Source: Shigella phage ESh3. From it: 39,180 nucleotides of DNA. The translations under genes and the position numbers were made by a program. Location of the stretch: the sequence record ON528717. The stretch is one strand, 5' to 3'. Positions 1-8,962 of this stretch are shown here, piece after piece. Positions within the stretch are counted from its first letter, which is position 1; every line of letters starts with the position of its first letter. The notes beneath the pieces were generated by a model, which did no database searches, was not told where the DNA came from, and was given only the letters and a program-made list of their open reading frames with translations.

Positions 1-107
1 CACCTGATGGGTTCGCAATGAAACAGCGAATCGAACGCCTTAAGCGTGAACTGCGCATCAACCGTAAGATTAACAAGATAGGTTCCAGCTATGACAGAAC
101 GCACTGA
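1..107 (+). CDS. 0.6: gene 0.6A, C-terminal part; the ORF begins at 39129 and continues across the window end into the window start
   Basis: Joining 39129..39180 to 1..107 gives one uninterrupted 52-codon ORF (MKHYVMPIHTSNGATVC-TPDGFAMKQRIERLKRELRINRKINKIGSSYDRTH), stop TGA 105-107; position between 0.5 and 0.7. Confidence 0.6.
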   Translation, partial: PDGFAMKQRIERLKRELRINRKINKIGSSYDRTH

Positions 108-309
108 TGGCTTAAAGAAAGGATATATGCCCAATGGGACACTGTACGCTGCAAATCGGCGTATAGTAAGGACGTGGCGAGAGAACAACCTCGAACGCCG
201 CAAGGCCCAAGAGAGGGCGGCATGGCATCGGCGAAAGGAAAAGGTTAAAGCCAAGAAACTAGCCGCACTTGAACAGGCACTAGCCAACACACTTAACGCT
301 ATCTCATAA
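91..309 (+). CDS. 0.6: 0.6B-type overlapping ORF (72 aa, basic), in a different frame from 0.6A; would be reached by frameshift
   Basis: ORF from track, overlaps 3' end of 0.6A, Lys/Arg rich; T7 annotates a 0.6B product at this position (recalled). Confidence 0.4.
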   Translation: MTERTDGLKKGYMPNGTLYAANRRIVRTWRENNLERRKAQERAAWHRRKEKVKAKKLAALEQALANTLNAIS

Positions 310-333
310 CGAACACATAAAGGACACACTGCA

Positions 334-1413
334 ATGAACATTACTGACATCATGAACGCTATCGACGCAATCAAAGCACTGCCAATCTGTGAACTTGACA
401 AGCGCCAAGGGATGCTTATTGACTTACTGGTCGAGATGGTCAATAGCGAGACATGCGATGGTGAGATAACCGAACTGAATCAGTGTCTTGAGGCGCAAGA
501 CTGGTGGACTACCTTGAAGTGCCTCACGGCTGACGCAGGGTTCAAGATGCTCGGTAATGGTCACTTCTCGGCTGCTTATAGTCATCCGCTGCTACCTAAC
601 AGAGTGATTAAGGTGGGCTTTAAGAAAGAGGACTCAGGCGCTGCGTACACTGCATTCTGCCGCATGTATCAAGGTCGCGCTGGTATCCCTAACGTCTACG
701 ATGTACAGCGTCATGCGGGGTGCTATACGGTGGTTCTTGATGCACTCAACGACTGTGAATCGTATGATAATGAGGTGCACGATAAATATGCTGGGATTGC
801 AAGCGATATTATTGATTACAAATCGGCTGCATACGATAAGCGTACCGGATGGGATGGGGAGTTCGTCGAGACTTGTAAGCTAATCCGCAAGTTCTTTGAG
901 GGCATCGCCTCGTTCGATATGCATAGCGGTAACATCATGTTCGACGATAACGATGTACCGTACATTACTGACCCTGTGTCATTCTCGCACAAGAAAGACG
1001 GCGGCGCTTTCAGTATTGACCCTGAGGAACTCATTAAGGAAGTCGAGGAAGTAGCGATACAGAGGGCAATCGACCGCGCTAAGGCACGCAAGGTACGCCA
1101 CGAGGGGCGCTTAGCGGCTCGCAAAATGAAACGTCGCAACCGTAAGGCACGCAAAGCACACCGCGAAAAATGCCAACGCAAGGTTGCACTGATGAACATA
1201 GCAAGAGGCCAGGACTGGCGCAATCACGTCAGAGTAAGGGATGCCATTGGTACAGTCAGACACGCAAACGCATGGGCGCAAATGCAGCTTGCGGACTTTA
1301 AGGCGCTTGAAGAACGCATAGCGGCCCATTGGTTCAACGCTGACAGAATGGCTATAGCTAACGGTCTACCGCTGAACATCGACAAGAAACTTGACGCAAT
1401 GTTTATGGGCTGA
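334..1413 (+). CDS. 0.7: gene 0.7 Ser/Thr protein kinase / host transcription shutoff protein
   Basis: 359-aa ORF, same length and position as T7 gp0.7, basic C-terminal tail; ATG 334. Confidence 0.93.
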   Translation: MNITDIMNAIDAIKALPICELDKRQGMLIDLLVEMVNSETCDGEITELNQCLEAQDWWTTLKCLTADAGFKMLGNGHFSAAYSHPLLPNRVIKVGFKKEDSGAAYTAFCRMYQGRAGIPNVYDVQRHAGCYTVVLDALNDCESYDNEVHDKYAGIASDIIDYKSAAYDKRTGWDGEFVETCKLIRKFFEGIASFDMHSGNIMFDDNDVPYITDPVSFSHKKDGGAFSIDPEELIKEVEEVAIQRAIDRAKARKVRHEGRLAARKMKRRNRKARKAHREKCQRKVALMNIARGQDWRNHVRVRDAIGTVRHANAWAQMQLADFKALEERIAAHWFNADRMAIANGLPLNIDKKLDAMFMG

Positions 1414-1470
1414 TAGTCTTATCTTACAGGTCATCTACGGGTGGCCTGAATAGATACGATTTACTAACCG
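1414..1470 (+). promoter_or_regulatory. RNase III processing site R1 (hairpin upstream of gene 1)
   Basis: tagtcttatcttacaggtcatctacgggtggcctgaatagatacgatttactaa, matches recalled T7 R1 sequence and position. Confidence 0.5.
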
Positions 1471-1483
1471 AAAGAGGCGCTAA

Positions 1484-4135
1484 ATGAACACGATTAACAT
1501 CGCTAAGAACGACTTCTCTGACATTGAACTGGCTGCTATCCCTTTCAATACTCTCGCTGACCATTATGGTGAGCGTTTAGCTCGTGAGCAACTAGCTCTT
1601 GAGCATGAGTCTTACGAAATGGGTGAAGCACGTTTCCGCAAGATGTTTGAGCGTCAACTTAAGGCGGGTGAGGTTGCTGATAATGCTGCTGCAAAGCCTC
1701 TGATTACTACCCTGCTCCCTAAGATGGTTGCACGCATCAACGATTGGTTTGAAGAGGTAAAAGCTAAGCGCGGCAAGCGTCCAACGGCTTTCCAATTCCT
1801 GCAAGAAATCAAGCCGGAAGCCGTAGCGTACATCACCATTAAGACAACTCTGGCTTGCCTAACCAGTGCAGACAATACAACGGTTCAGGCTGTAGCAAGT
1901 GCAATCGGTCGAGCTATCGAGGATGAGGCTCGCTTTGGTCGCATCCGTGACCTTGAAGCTAAGCACTTCAAGAAGCGCGTTGAGGAACAGCTTAACAAGC
2001 GCGTAGGGCACGTCTACAAGAAAGCATTCATGCAGGTTGTCGAAGCGGATATGCTCTCTAAGGGTCTACTAGGTGGCGAGGCGTGGTCTTCGTGGCATAA
2101 GGAAGACTCCATTCACGTAGGTGTGCGCTGCATTGAGATGCTCATTGAGTCCACCGGAATGGTTAGCTTACATCGTCAAAATGCTGGAGTAGTGGGCCAA
2201 GACTCTGAGACTATCGAACTCGCACCGGAATATGCTGAGGCCATCGCTACTCGTGCTGGGGCACTGGCTGGTATCTCTCCGATGTTCCAGCCTTGCGTAG
2301 TTCCTCCTAAGCCTTGGACCGGAATTACTGGTGGTGGCTACTGGGCTAACGGTCGCCGTCCTCTTGCACTGGTGCGTACTCACAGCAAGAAAGCACTGAT
2401 GCGCTACGAAGATGTTTACATGCCTGAGGTATACAAAGCGATTAACATTGCGCAAAACACCGCATGGAAAATCAACAAGAAAGTCCTAGCGGTAGCCAAC
2501 GTGATAACCAAGTGGAAGCATTGCCCTGTAGAGGACATCCCTGCGATTGAGCGTGAAGAACTCCCGATGAAACCGGAAGACATTGACACGAATCCTGAGG
2601 CGCTCACAGCTTGGAAACGTGCTGCCGCCGCTGTGTACCGAAAAGACAAGGCTCGCAAGTCTCGCCGTATCAGCCTTGAGTTCATGCTTGAGCAAGCCAA
2701 TAAGTTTGCTAACCATAAGGCCATCTGGTTCCCTTATAACATGGACTGGCGTGGTCGTGTTTACGCTGTGTCAATGTTTAACCCACAGGGTAACGACATG
2801 ACCAAGGGCCTTCTGACGCTGGCTAAAGGTAAACCAATCGGCAAGGAAGGTTACTACTGGCTGAAAATCCACGGTGCAAACTGTGCGGGTGTCGATAAGG
2901 TTCCCTTCCCTGAGCGCATCAAGTTCATTGAGGACAACCACGAGAACATCCTAGCGTGCGCTAAGTCTCCTCTGGAGAACACTTGGTGGGCTGAGCAAGA
3001 TTCTCCGTTCTGCTTCCTTGCGTTCTGCTTTGAGTACGCTGGTGTACAGCACCACGGATTAAGCTACAACTGCTCTCTTCCGCTGGCGTTCGATGGGTCT
3101 TGCTCTGGCATTCAGCACTTCTCTGCGATGTTGCGCGATGAGGTAGGTGGTCGTGCTGTTAACCTACTGCCTAGTGAAACCGTTCAGGACATCTACGGGA
3201 TTGTCGCTAAGAAAGTAAACGAGATTCTACAAGCGGATGTAATCAACGGGACCGACAACGAAGTAATTACTGTGACCGATGAGAACACTGGTGAAATCTC
3301 TGAGAAAATCAAGCTGGGCACCAAGGCGCTGGCTGGTCAATGGCTGGCTTACGGTGTTACTCGTAGCGTGACTAAGCGTTCAGTCATGACGCTGGCTTAC
3401 GGGTCCAAAGAGTTCGGCTTCCGTCAACAAGTGCTGGAAGATACCATTCAGCCAGCTATTGATTCCGGCAAGGGCCTGATGTTCACTCAGCCGAATCAGG
3501 CTGCTGGATACATGGCTAAGCTGATTTGGGAATCGGTGAGCGTTACGGTGGTAGCTGCGGTTGAAGCAATGAACTGGCTCAAGTCTGCTGCTAAGTTGCT
3601 GGCTGCTGAGGTAAAAGATAAGAAGACTGGAGAGATTCTTCGCAAGCGTTGCGCTGTACATTGGGTGACTCCTGATGGATTCCCTGTGTGGCAGGAATAC
3701 AAGAAGCCGATTCAGACCCGCTTGAACCTGATGTTCCTCGGTCAGTTCCGCTTGCAGCCAACCATTAACACTAACAAGGACAGTGAGATTGACGCACACA
3801 AACAGGAGTCTGGCATAGCTCCTAACTTTGTGCATAGCCAAGACGGTAGCCACCTGCGTAAGACTGTAGTGTGGGCACATGAGAAGTACGGAATAGAATC
3901 GTTTGCACTGATTCATGACTCCTTCGGGACAATTCCGGCTGACGCTGCCAACCTGTTCAAAGCTGTACGCGAAACTATGGTTGACACCTACGAGTCTTGC
4001 GATGTACTGGCTGACTTCTATGACCAGTTCGCCGACCAGTTACATGAGTCTCAATTGGATAAAATGCCAGCACTTCCGGCTAAAGGTAACTTGAACCTCC
4101 AAGACATCCTTAAGTCAGACTTCGCGTTCGCATAA
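1484..4135 (+). CDS. 1: gene 1, T7-type single-subunit DNA-dependent RNA polymerase
   Basis: 883-aa ORF, starts MNTINIAKNDFSDIELAAIPFNTLADHYGERLAREQLALEHESYEMGEARFRKMFERQ, ends ...LNLQDILKSDFAFA; same length as T7 RNAP. Confidence 0.98.
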   Translation: MNTINIAKNDFSDIELAAIPFNTLADHYGERLAREQLALEHESYEMGEARFRKMFERQLKAGEVADNAAAKPLITTLLPKMVARINDWFEEVKAKRGKRPTAFQFLQEIKPEAVAYITIKTTLACLTSADNTTVQAVASAIGRAIEDEARFGRIRDLEAKHFKKRVEEQLNKRVGHVYKKAFMQVVEADMLSKGLLGGEAWSSWHKEDSIHVGVRCIEMLIESTGMVSLHRQNAGVVGQDSETIELAPEYAEAIATRAGALAGISPMFQPCVVPPKPWTGITGGGYWANGRRPLALVRTHSKKALMRYEDVYMPEVYKAINIAQNTAWKINKKVLAVANVITKWKHCPVEDIPAIEREELPMKPEDIDTNPEALTAWKRAAAAVYRKDKARKSRRISLEFMLEQANKFANHKAIWFPYNMDWRGRVYAVSMFNPQGNDMTKGLLTLAKGKPIGKEGYYWLKIHGANCAGVDKVPFPERIKFIEDNHENILACAKSPLENTWWAEQDSPFCFLAFCFEYAGVQHHGLSYNCSLPLAFDGSCSGIQHFSAMLRDEVGGRAVNLLPSETVQDIYGIVAKKVNEILQADVINGTDNEVITVTDENTGEISEKIKLGTKALAGQWLAYGVTRSVTKRSVMTLAYGSKEFGFRQQVLEDTIQPAIDSGKGLMFTQPNQAAGYMAKLIWESVSVTVVAAVEAMNWLKSAAKLLAAEVKDKKTGEILRKRCAVHWVTPDGFPVWQEYKKPIQTRLNLMFLGQFRLQPTINTNKDSEIDAHKQESGIAPNFVHSQDGSHLRKTVVWAHEKYGIESFALIHDSFGTIPADAANLFKAVRETMVDTYESCDVLADFYDQFADQLHESQLDKMPALPAKGNLNLQDILKSDFAFA

Positions 4136-4143
4136 CGTCAAAT

Positions 4144-4166
4144 TAATACGACTCACTATAGAGGGA
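4144..4166 (+). promoter_or_regulatory. phage RNAP promoter phi1.1A (class II)
   Basis: TAATACGACTCACTATAGAGGGA, -17 to +6 consensus match. Confidence 0.85.
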
Positions 4167-4167
4167 C

Positions 4168-4215
4168 AAACTCAAGGTCACTTACCGAGTGGCCTTTATG
4201 ATTGACCTTCTTCCG
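4168..4215 (+). promoter_or_regulatory. RNase III site R1.1
   Basis: ctcaaggtcacttaccgagtggcctttatgattg hairpin motif shared with other R sites in this genome. Confidence 0.55.
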
Positions 4216-4217
4216 GT

Positions 4218-4240
4218 TAATACGACTCACTATAGGAGAA
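4218..4240 (+). promoter_or_regulatory. phage RNAP promoter phi1.1B (class II)
   Basis: TAATACGACTCACTATAGGAGAA. Confidence 0.85.
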
Positions 4241-4318
4241 CCTTAAGGTTTAACTTTAAGACCCTTAAGTGTTAATTAGAGATTTAAATTAAAGAATTAC
4301 TAAGAGAGGACTTTAAGT
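4241..4318 (+). other. AT-rich segment of the primary origin of replication downstream of phi1.1A/B
   Basis: ccttaaggtttaactttaagacccttaagtgttaattagagatttaaattaaagaattactaag, AT-rich, position as in T7. Confidence 0.5.
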
Positions 4319-4447
4319 ATGCGTAACTTCGAAAAGATGACCAAACGTTCTAACCGTAACGCTCATGACTTCGAGGCAACTAAAGGTCGCAAGTTGAATA
4401 AGACTAAGCGTGACCGCTCTCATAAACGTAGCTGGGAGGGTCAGTAA
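4319..4447 (+). CDS. 1.1: gene 1.1, small basic protein of unknown function
   Basis: 42-aa ORF MRNFEKMTKRSNRNAHDFEATKGRKLNKTKRDRSHKRSWEGQ, RBS agagagga upstream, 129 bp as in T7. Confidence 0.8.
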   Translation: MRNFEKMTKRSNRNAHDFEATKGRKLNKTKRDRSHKRSWEGQ

Positions 4448-4448
4448 G

Positions 4449-4706
4449 ATGGGACGCTTATACAGTGGGAACTTGAATGACTTCAAGGCTGCTTGCAACA
4501 GGCTCTACCAGTTGGACTTTGCTGTTATAGCTGTTGAGAAGGAAGGTTCACCAAACATAAAGGCAACCATGTACCTTCGGATTGAAGACCGTACTGGGCG
4601 AATGGTGGTTCAGGAAGAGATTCACCACTGCGACGAAGATGTTCTGTACAATATGTGCACTGAGTGGCTGAACCGTATGTACGACCAGTTGAAGGACTGG
4701 AAGTAA
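4449..4706 (+). CDS. 1.2: gene 1.2, host dGTPase (Dgt) inhibitor homologue
   Basis: 85-aa ORF MGRLYSGNL...MYDQLKDWK; conserved N and C termini, central part diverged from recalled T7 gp1.2. Confidence 0.85.
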   Translation: MGRLYSGNLNDFKAACNRLYQLDFAVIAVEKEGSPNIKATMYLRIEDRTGRMVVQEEIHHCDEDVLYNMCTEWLNRMYDQLKDWK

Positions 4707-4726
4707 TACGACTCACTAAAGGAAGA
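4704..4726 (+). promoter_or_regulatory. phage RNAP class II promoter (phi1.3 position), here immediately upstream of the HNH ORF
   Basis: TAATACGACTCACTAAAGGAAGA; overlaps gene 1.2 stop. Confidence 0.8.
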
Positions 4727-4731
4727 AACCA

Positions 4732-5145
4732 ATGAACGACATAAAGCGATTCAACGATAAGACCGAACCATGTGGTGACTGTTTGCGTTGGATTGGTAGC
4801 ATCCAGCCTAATGGCTACGGACGGTTTCGCCTGCATGGTAAGCCTATGTATGCCCATAGGGCTTCGTACATTCTGTTCAACGGTGAGTTGAATAATGGTG
4901 ATGTAGTCCTACACTCCTGTGACAATAGATGGTGTGTAAATCCGGCACACCTAATCAAGGGCACACAGGCAGATAACCTTATAGACATGGCTATCAAAGG
5001 CCGTGGCGCTAGAAAGATAACTAATGAGCAGGTCGAGATGATACGTATGGACCCTCGCTCCGGCAGGGAGCTAGCAAGGGTACTTAATGTAGCTGCTTCG
5101 ACAATAAGCCACATACGAAACGGTAAACTGAGGAAATATATATGA
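4732..5145 (+). CDS. free-standing HNH homing-type endonuclease (zinc-finger HNH with C-terminal helix-turn-helix)
   Basis: 137 aa; Cys14/Cys17 (PCGDCLRW), NGYGR, HR, HSCDNRWCVNPAHL HNH core, C-terminal LARVLNVAASTISHIRNGK; stop overlaps ligase start (ATGA). Confidence 0.85.
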   Translation: MNDIKRFNDKTEPCGDCLRWIGSIQPNGYGRFRLHGKPMYAHRASYILFNGELNNGDVVLHSCDNRWCVNPAHLIKGTQADNLIDMAIKGRGARKITNEQVEMIRMDPRSGRELARVLNVAASTISHIRNGKLRKYI

Positions 5146-6224
5146 TTATCAACTTTAAGACTTCACCATACAAGGCAGTATCTTTCGTAGAGTCTGCCAT
5201 CAAGAAAGCTCTGGATAACGCTGGGTATCTTATCGCTGACATTAAGTACGATGGTGTCCGTGGTAACATCTGCGTAGACAATACCGCTAACTGCTGCTGG
5301 CTCTCTCGTGTGTCTAAAACGATTCCGGCACTGGAGCACCTAAACGGATTTGATGTTCGCTGGAAGCGCCTACTGAACGATGACCGTTGCTTCTACAAAG
5401 ATGGTTTTATGTTAGATGGGGAACTCATGGTCAAAGGCGTAGACTTTAACACAGGGTCCGGCCTACTGCGTACCAAATGGACTGACACCAAGAACCAAGA
5501 GTTCCACGAAGAGTTATTCGTTGAGCCAATCTGTAAGAAAGATAAGGTTCCCTTTAAGCTACACACTGGACACCTTCACGTCAAACTGTACGCTATCCTC
5601 CCGCTGCACATAGTAGAGTCTGGAGAAGACTGTGACGTTATGACGTTGCTCATGCAGGAACACGTTAAGAACATGCTGCCTCTGCTACAGGAATACTTCC
5701 CTGAAATCGAATGGCAAGCGGCTGAGTCTTACGAGGTTTACGACATGGTGGAACTACAGCAACTGTACGAGAAGAAGCGTGAAGAAGGGAACGAGGGTCT
5801 AATTGTGAAAGACCCGATGTGTGTCTATAAGCGCGGTAAGAAGTCAGGCTGGTGGAAAATGAAACCTGAGAACGAAGCTGACGGCATCATTCAAGGTCTG
5901 GTATGGGGTACGAAAGGTCTGGCTAATGAAGGCAAAGTGATTGGTTTTGAGGTGCTTCTTGAGAGTGGTCGTTTAGTTAACGCCACGAATATCTCTCGCG
6001 CCTTAATGGATGAGTTCACTGAGACAGTAAAAGAGGCCACCCTAAGTCAATGGGGATTCTTTAGCCCATACGGTATTGGCGACAATGATGCCTGTACGAT
6101 TAACCCTTACGATGGCTGGGCGTGTCAAATCAGCTACATGGAGGAAACACCTGACGGCTCTCTACGTCACCCATCGTTCGTAATGTTCCGTGGCACAGAG
6201 GACAACCCTCAAGAGAAAATGTAA
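5142..6224 (+). CDS. 1.3: gene 1.3 ATP-dependent DNA ligase
   Basis: 360 aa, KYDGVRG adenylation motif (IKYDGVRGNI), near-identical to recalled T7 ligase. Confidence 0.97.
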   Translation: MIINFKTSPYKAVSFVESAIKKALDNAGYLIADIKYDGVRGNICVDNTANCCWLSRVSKTIPALEHLNGFDVRWKRLLNDDRCFYKDGFMLDGELMVKGVDFNTGSGLLRTKWTDTKNQEFHEELFVEPICKKDKVPFKLHTGHLHVKLYAILPLHIVESGEDCDVMTLLMQEHVKNMLPLLQEYFPEIEWQAAESYEVYDMVELQQLYEKKREEGNEGLIVKDPMCVYKRGKKSGWWKMKPENEADGIIQGLVWGTKGLANEGKVIGFEVLLESGRLVNATNISRALMDEFTETVKEATLSQWGFFSPYGIGDNDACTINPYDGWACQISYMEETPDGSLRHPSFVMFRGTEDNPQEKM

Positions 6225-6231
6225 TTATATT

Positions 6232-6262
6232 GGCTCACCTTCGGGTGGGCCTTTCTGCGTTT
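6232..6262 (+). terminator. early terminator TE (rho-independent, host RNAP)
   Basis: GGCTCACC-TTCG-GGTGGGCC stem-loop followed by TTTCTGCGTTT directly after the ligase stop. Confidence 0.7.
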
Positions 6263-6276
6263 ATAGGAGGAACTTT

Positions 6277-6432
6277 ATGTTTAAGAAGGTTGGTAAATTC
6301 CTTGCAGCTTGGGCAGCTATCCTGACGTTTGCGTATCTTCTTGCGGTATACCCTCAAGTAGCACTCGTAGTAGTTGGTGCTTGCTGCTTAGCGGCAGCGT
6401 GTGCTTGCGTATGGTGCTTCGTTAACTGCTAA
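6277..6432 (+). CDS. 1.4: gene 1.4, small hydrophobic protein
   Basis: 51 aa MFKKVGKFLAAWAAILTFAYLLAVYPQVALVVVGACCLAAACACVWCFVNC; RBS taggagg. Confidence 0.75.
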   Translation: MFKKVGKFLAAWAAILTFAYLLAVYPQVALVVVGACCLAAACACVWCFVNC

Positions 6433-6452
6433 TACGACTCACTAAAGGAGGT
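6430..6452 (+). promoter_or_regulatory. phage RNAP promoter phi1.5 (class II)
   Basis: TAATACGACTCACTAAAGGAGGT. Confidence 0.8.
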
Positions 6453-6459
6453 ACACATC

Positions 6460-6549
6460 ATGATGTACTTAATGCCATTACTCATTGTTATCATAGGATG
6501 CCTTGCGCTCCATTGTAGTGACGATGACATGCCAGATGGTCACGCTTAA
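6460..6549 (+). CDS. 1.5: gene 1.5, 29-aa hydrophobic peptide
   Basis: MMYLMPLLIVIIGCLALHCSDDDMPDGHA, 90 bp between phi1.5 and phi1.6 as in T7. Confidence 0.7.
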   Translation: MMYLMPLLIVIIGCLALHCSDDDMPDGHA

Positions 6550-6569
6550 TACGACTCACTAAAGGAGAC
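6547..6569 (+). promoter_or_regulatory. phage RNAP promoter phi1.6 (class II)
   Basis: TAATACGACTCACTAAAGGAGAC. Confidence 0.8.
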
Positions 6570-6574
6570 ACTAT

Positions 6575-6835
6575 ATGTTTCGACTTCATTACAACAAAAG
6601 CATTAAGAATTTCACGGTTCGCCGTGCTGACCGTTCAATCGTATGTGCGAGCGAGCGCCGAGCTAAATTACCTCTTATTGGTAACACAGTTCCTCTGGCA
6701 CCGAGCGTCCACATCATTATCACCCGTGGTGACTTCGAGAAAGCAGTAGACAAGAAACGTCCGGTTCTTAGTGTGGCAGTGACCCGCTTCCCGTTCGTCC
6801 GTCTGTTACTCAAACGAATCAAGGAGGTGTTCTGA
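6575..6835 (+). CDS. 1.6: gene 1.6, unknown function
   Basis: 86-aa ORF from track, promoter-proximal ATG. Confidence 0.85.
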   Translation: MFRLHYNKSIKNFTVRRADRSIVCASERRAKLPLIGNTVPLAPSVHIIITRGDFEKAVDKKRPVLSVAVTRFPFVRLLLKRIKEVF

Positions 6836-7396
6836 TGGGACTGTTAGATGGTTCAGATTGGGAAAAAGAAAACCCACCAGTTCAATCAACTGGATGTATA
6901 GCTTGCTTAGAGAAAGATGACCGTTATCCACACACCTGTAACAAAGGAGCTAATAATAATATGACCGAACGTGAACAAGAGATGATCATTAAGTTGATAG
7001 ACAATAACGAAGGTCGCCCCGATGATTTGAATGGCTGCGGTATTCTTTGCTCTAATGTCCCTTGCCACCTCTGCCCGGCAAATAACGATCAAAAGATAAC
7101 CTTAGGTGAAATCCGAGCGATGGACCCACGTAAGCCTAAACTGGATAAACCAGAGGTAACTCCTACAGATGACCAGCCTTCCGCTGAGACCATCGAAGGT
7201 GTCACTAAGCCTTCCCATTACATGCTGTTCGATGACATTGAGGCTATCGAAGTGATTGCCCGTTCTATGACTCGTGAGCAGTTCAAAGGGTACTGCTTAG
7301 GGAACATCCTTAAGTACCGCCTACGTGCTGGTAAGAAGTCCGAACTGGCTTACTTAGAGAAGGACATGGCGAAAGCTGGGTTCTACGGTGAACTGT

Positions 7397-7736
<340 letters not shown>

Positions 7737-7739
<3 letters not shown>

Positions 7740-7760
7740 TACGACTCACTATTAGGGAGG
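7737..7760 (+). promoter_or_regulatory. phage RNAP promoter phi2.5 (class II, extra T at -1)
   Basis: TAATACGACTCACTATTAGGGAGG. Confidence 0.8.
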
Positions 7761-7807
7761 GAAGACTCCCTTTGAGAAACCAAACGAAACCTAAGGAGAT
7801 TAATATT

Positions 7808-8506
7808 ATGGCTAAGAAGATTTTCACCTCTGCGCTTGGCACTGCTGAACCTTACGCTTACCTCTCTAAGCCGGACTACGGTAACGAAGAGCGTGGCTTT
7901 GGGAACCCTCGCGGTGTCTACAAAGTTGACCTGACTATTCCCAACAAAGACCCGCGCTGCCAGCGTATGGTCGATGAAATCGTGAAGTGCCACGAAGAGG
8001 CTTATGCTGCTGCCGTTGAGGAATACGAAGCTAACCCGCCTGCTGTAGCTCGTGGTAAGAAACCGCTGAAACCATATGAAGGCGACATGCCGTTCTTCGA
8101 TAACGGTGACGGCACGACTACCTTTAAGTTCAAATGCTACGCGTCTTTCCAAGACAAGAAAACCAAAGAGACCAAGCACATCAATCTGGTTGTGGTTGAC
8201 TCCAAGGGCAAGAAGATGGAAGACGTTCCTATTATCGGTGGTGGCTCTAAACTGAAAGTCAAATACTCTCTGGTTCCCTACAAGTGGAACACGGCTGTAG
8301 GTGCGAGCGTTAAGCTGCAACTGGAATCCGTGATGCTGGTCGAACTGGCTACCTTTGGCGGTGGTGAAGACGATTGGGCTGACGAAGTTGAAGAGAACGG
8401 CTATGTTGCCTCTGGTTCTGCCAAAGCGAGCAAACCACGCGACGAAGAAAGCTGGGACGAAGACGACGAAGGCTCTTACGAAGAAGACTCAGACGGAGAC
8501 TTCTAA
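7808..8506 (+). CDS. 2.5: gene 2.5 single-stranded DNA-binding protein
   Basis: 232 aa MAKKIFTSALGTAEPYAYLSKPDYGNEERGFGNPRGVYKVDL..., acidic C-terminal tail ending ...EEDSDGDF. Confidence 0.95.
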   Translation: MAKKIFTSALGTAEPYAYLSKPDYGNEERGFGNPRGVYKVDLTIPNKDPRCQRMVDEIVKCHEEAYAAAVEEYEANPPAVARGKKPLKPYEGDMPFFDNGDGTTTFKFKCYASFQDKKTKETKHINLVVVDSKGKKMEDVPIIGGGSKLKVKYSLVPYKWNTAVGASVKLQLESVMLVELATFGGGEDDWADEVEENGYVASGSAKASKPRDEESWDEDDEGSYEEDSDGDF

Positions 8507-8962
8507 GTGGCTGGCGCATACGCTGCGCGTGGTATCAGAAAGGTCGGGACATTCCGTTCCGGCCTAGAAGATAAGGTCTCTAAGCAGCTAGAGGGTAAGG
8601 GCATTAAGTTCGACTATGAACTGTGGAAAATCCCTTACGTTGTCCCTGCGAGCAACCATGTGTATACTCCAGACTTCCTGCTGCCTAACGGAATCTTTAT
8701 TGAAACCAAAGGTTTATGGGAGAGTGACGACCGAAAGAAACACTTACTGATTCGCGAACAGTTTCCCGAACTGGACATCCGTCTGGTGTTCTCAAGCTCA
8801 CGCACTAAGCTGTATAAAGGGTCTCCTACCAGTTATGGTGAGTGGTGTGAGAAGCACGGTATTCTGTTTGCTGACAAATTAATTCCTGTAGAATGGCTCA
8901 AAGAACCCAAAAAGGAGGTGCCATTTGACAAGCTGAAACAATCGAAGGGAGGAAAGAAATAA
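8507..8962 (+). CDS. 3: gene 3 endonuclease I (Holliday-junction resolvase), apparent GTG start
   Basis: 151 aa MAGAYAARGIRKVGTFRSGLEDKVSKQLEGKGIKF...PDFLLPNGIFIETKGLWESDDRKKHLLIREQ; starts directly after 2.5 stop. Confidence 0.9.
   Translation: MAGAYAARGIRKVGTFRSGLEDKVSKQLEGKGIKFDYELWKIPYVVPASNHVYTPDFLLPNGIFIETKGLWESDDRKKHLLIREQFPELDIRLVFSSSRTKLYKGSPTSYGEWCEKHGILFADKLIPVEWLKEPKKEVPFDKLKQSKGGKK

Noticed and set aside
6190-6432. Track ORFs with long N-terminal extensions (6190-6432, 7476-7739, 7721-8506, 11441-11737, 11682-12218, 16479-16766, 33947-34225, 38600-38872)
   Set aside because: The extensions overlap the preceding gene, promoter or terminator. Internal ATG codons with an RBS, giving products of the expected T7 sizes, were used instead (6277, 7545, 7808, 11468, 11811, 16500, 33956, 38672).
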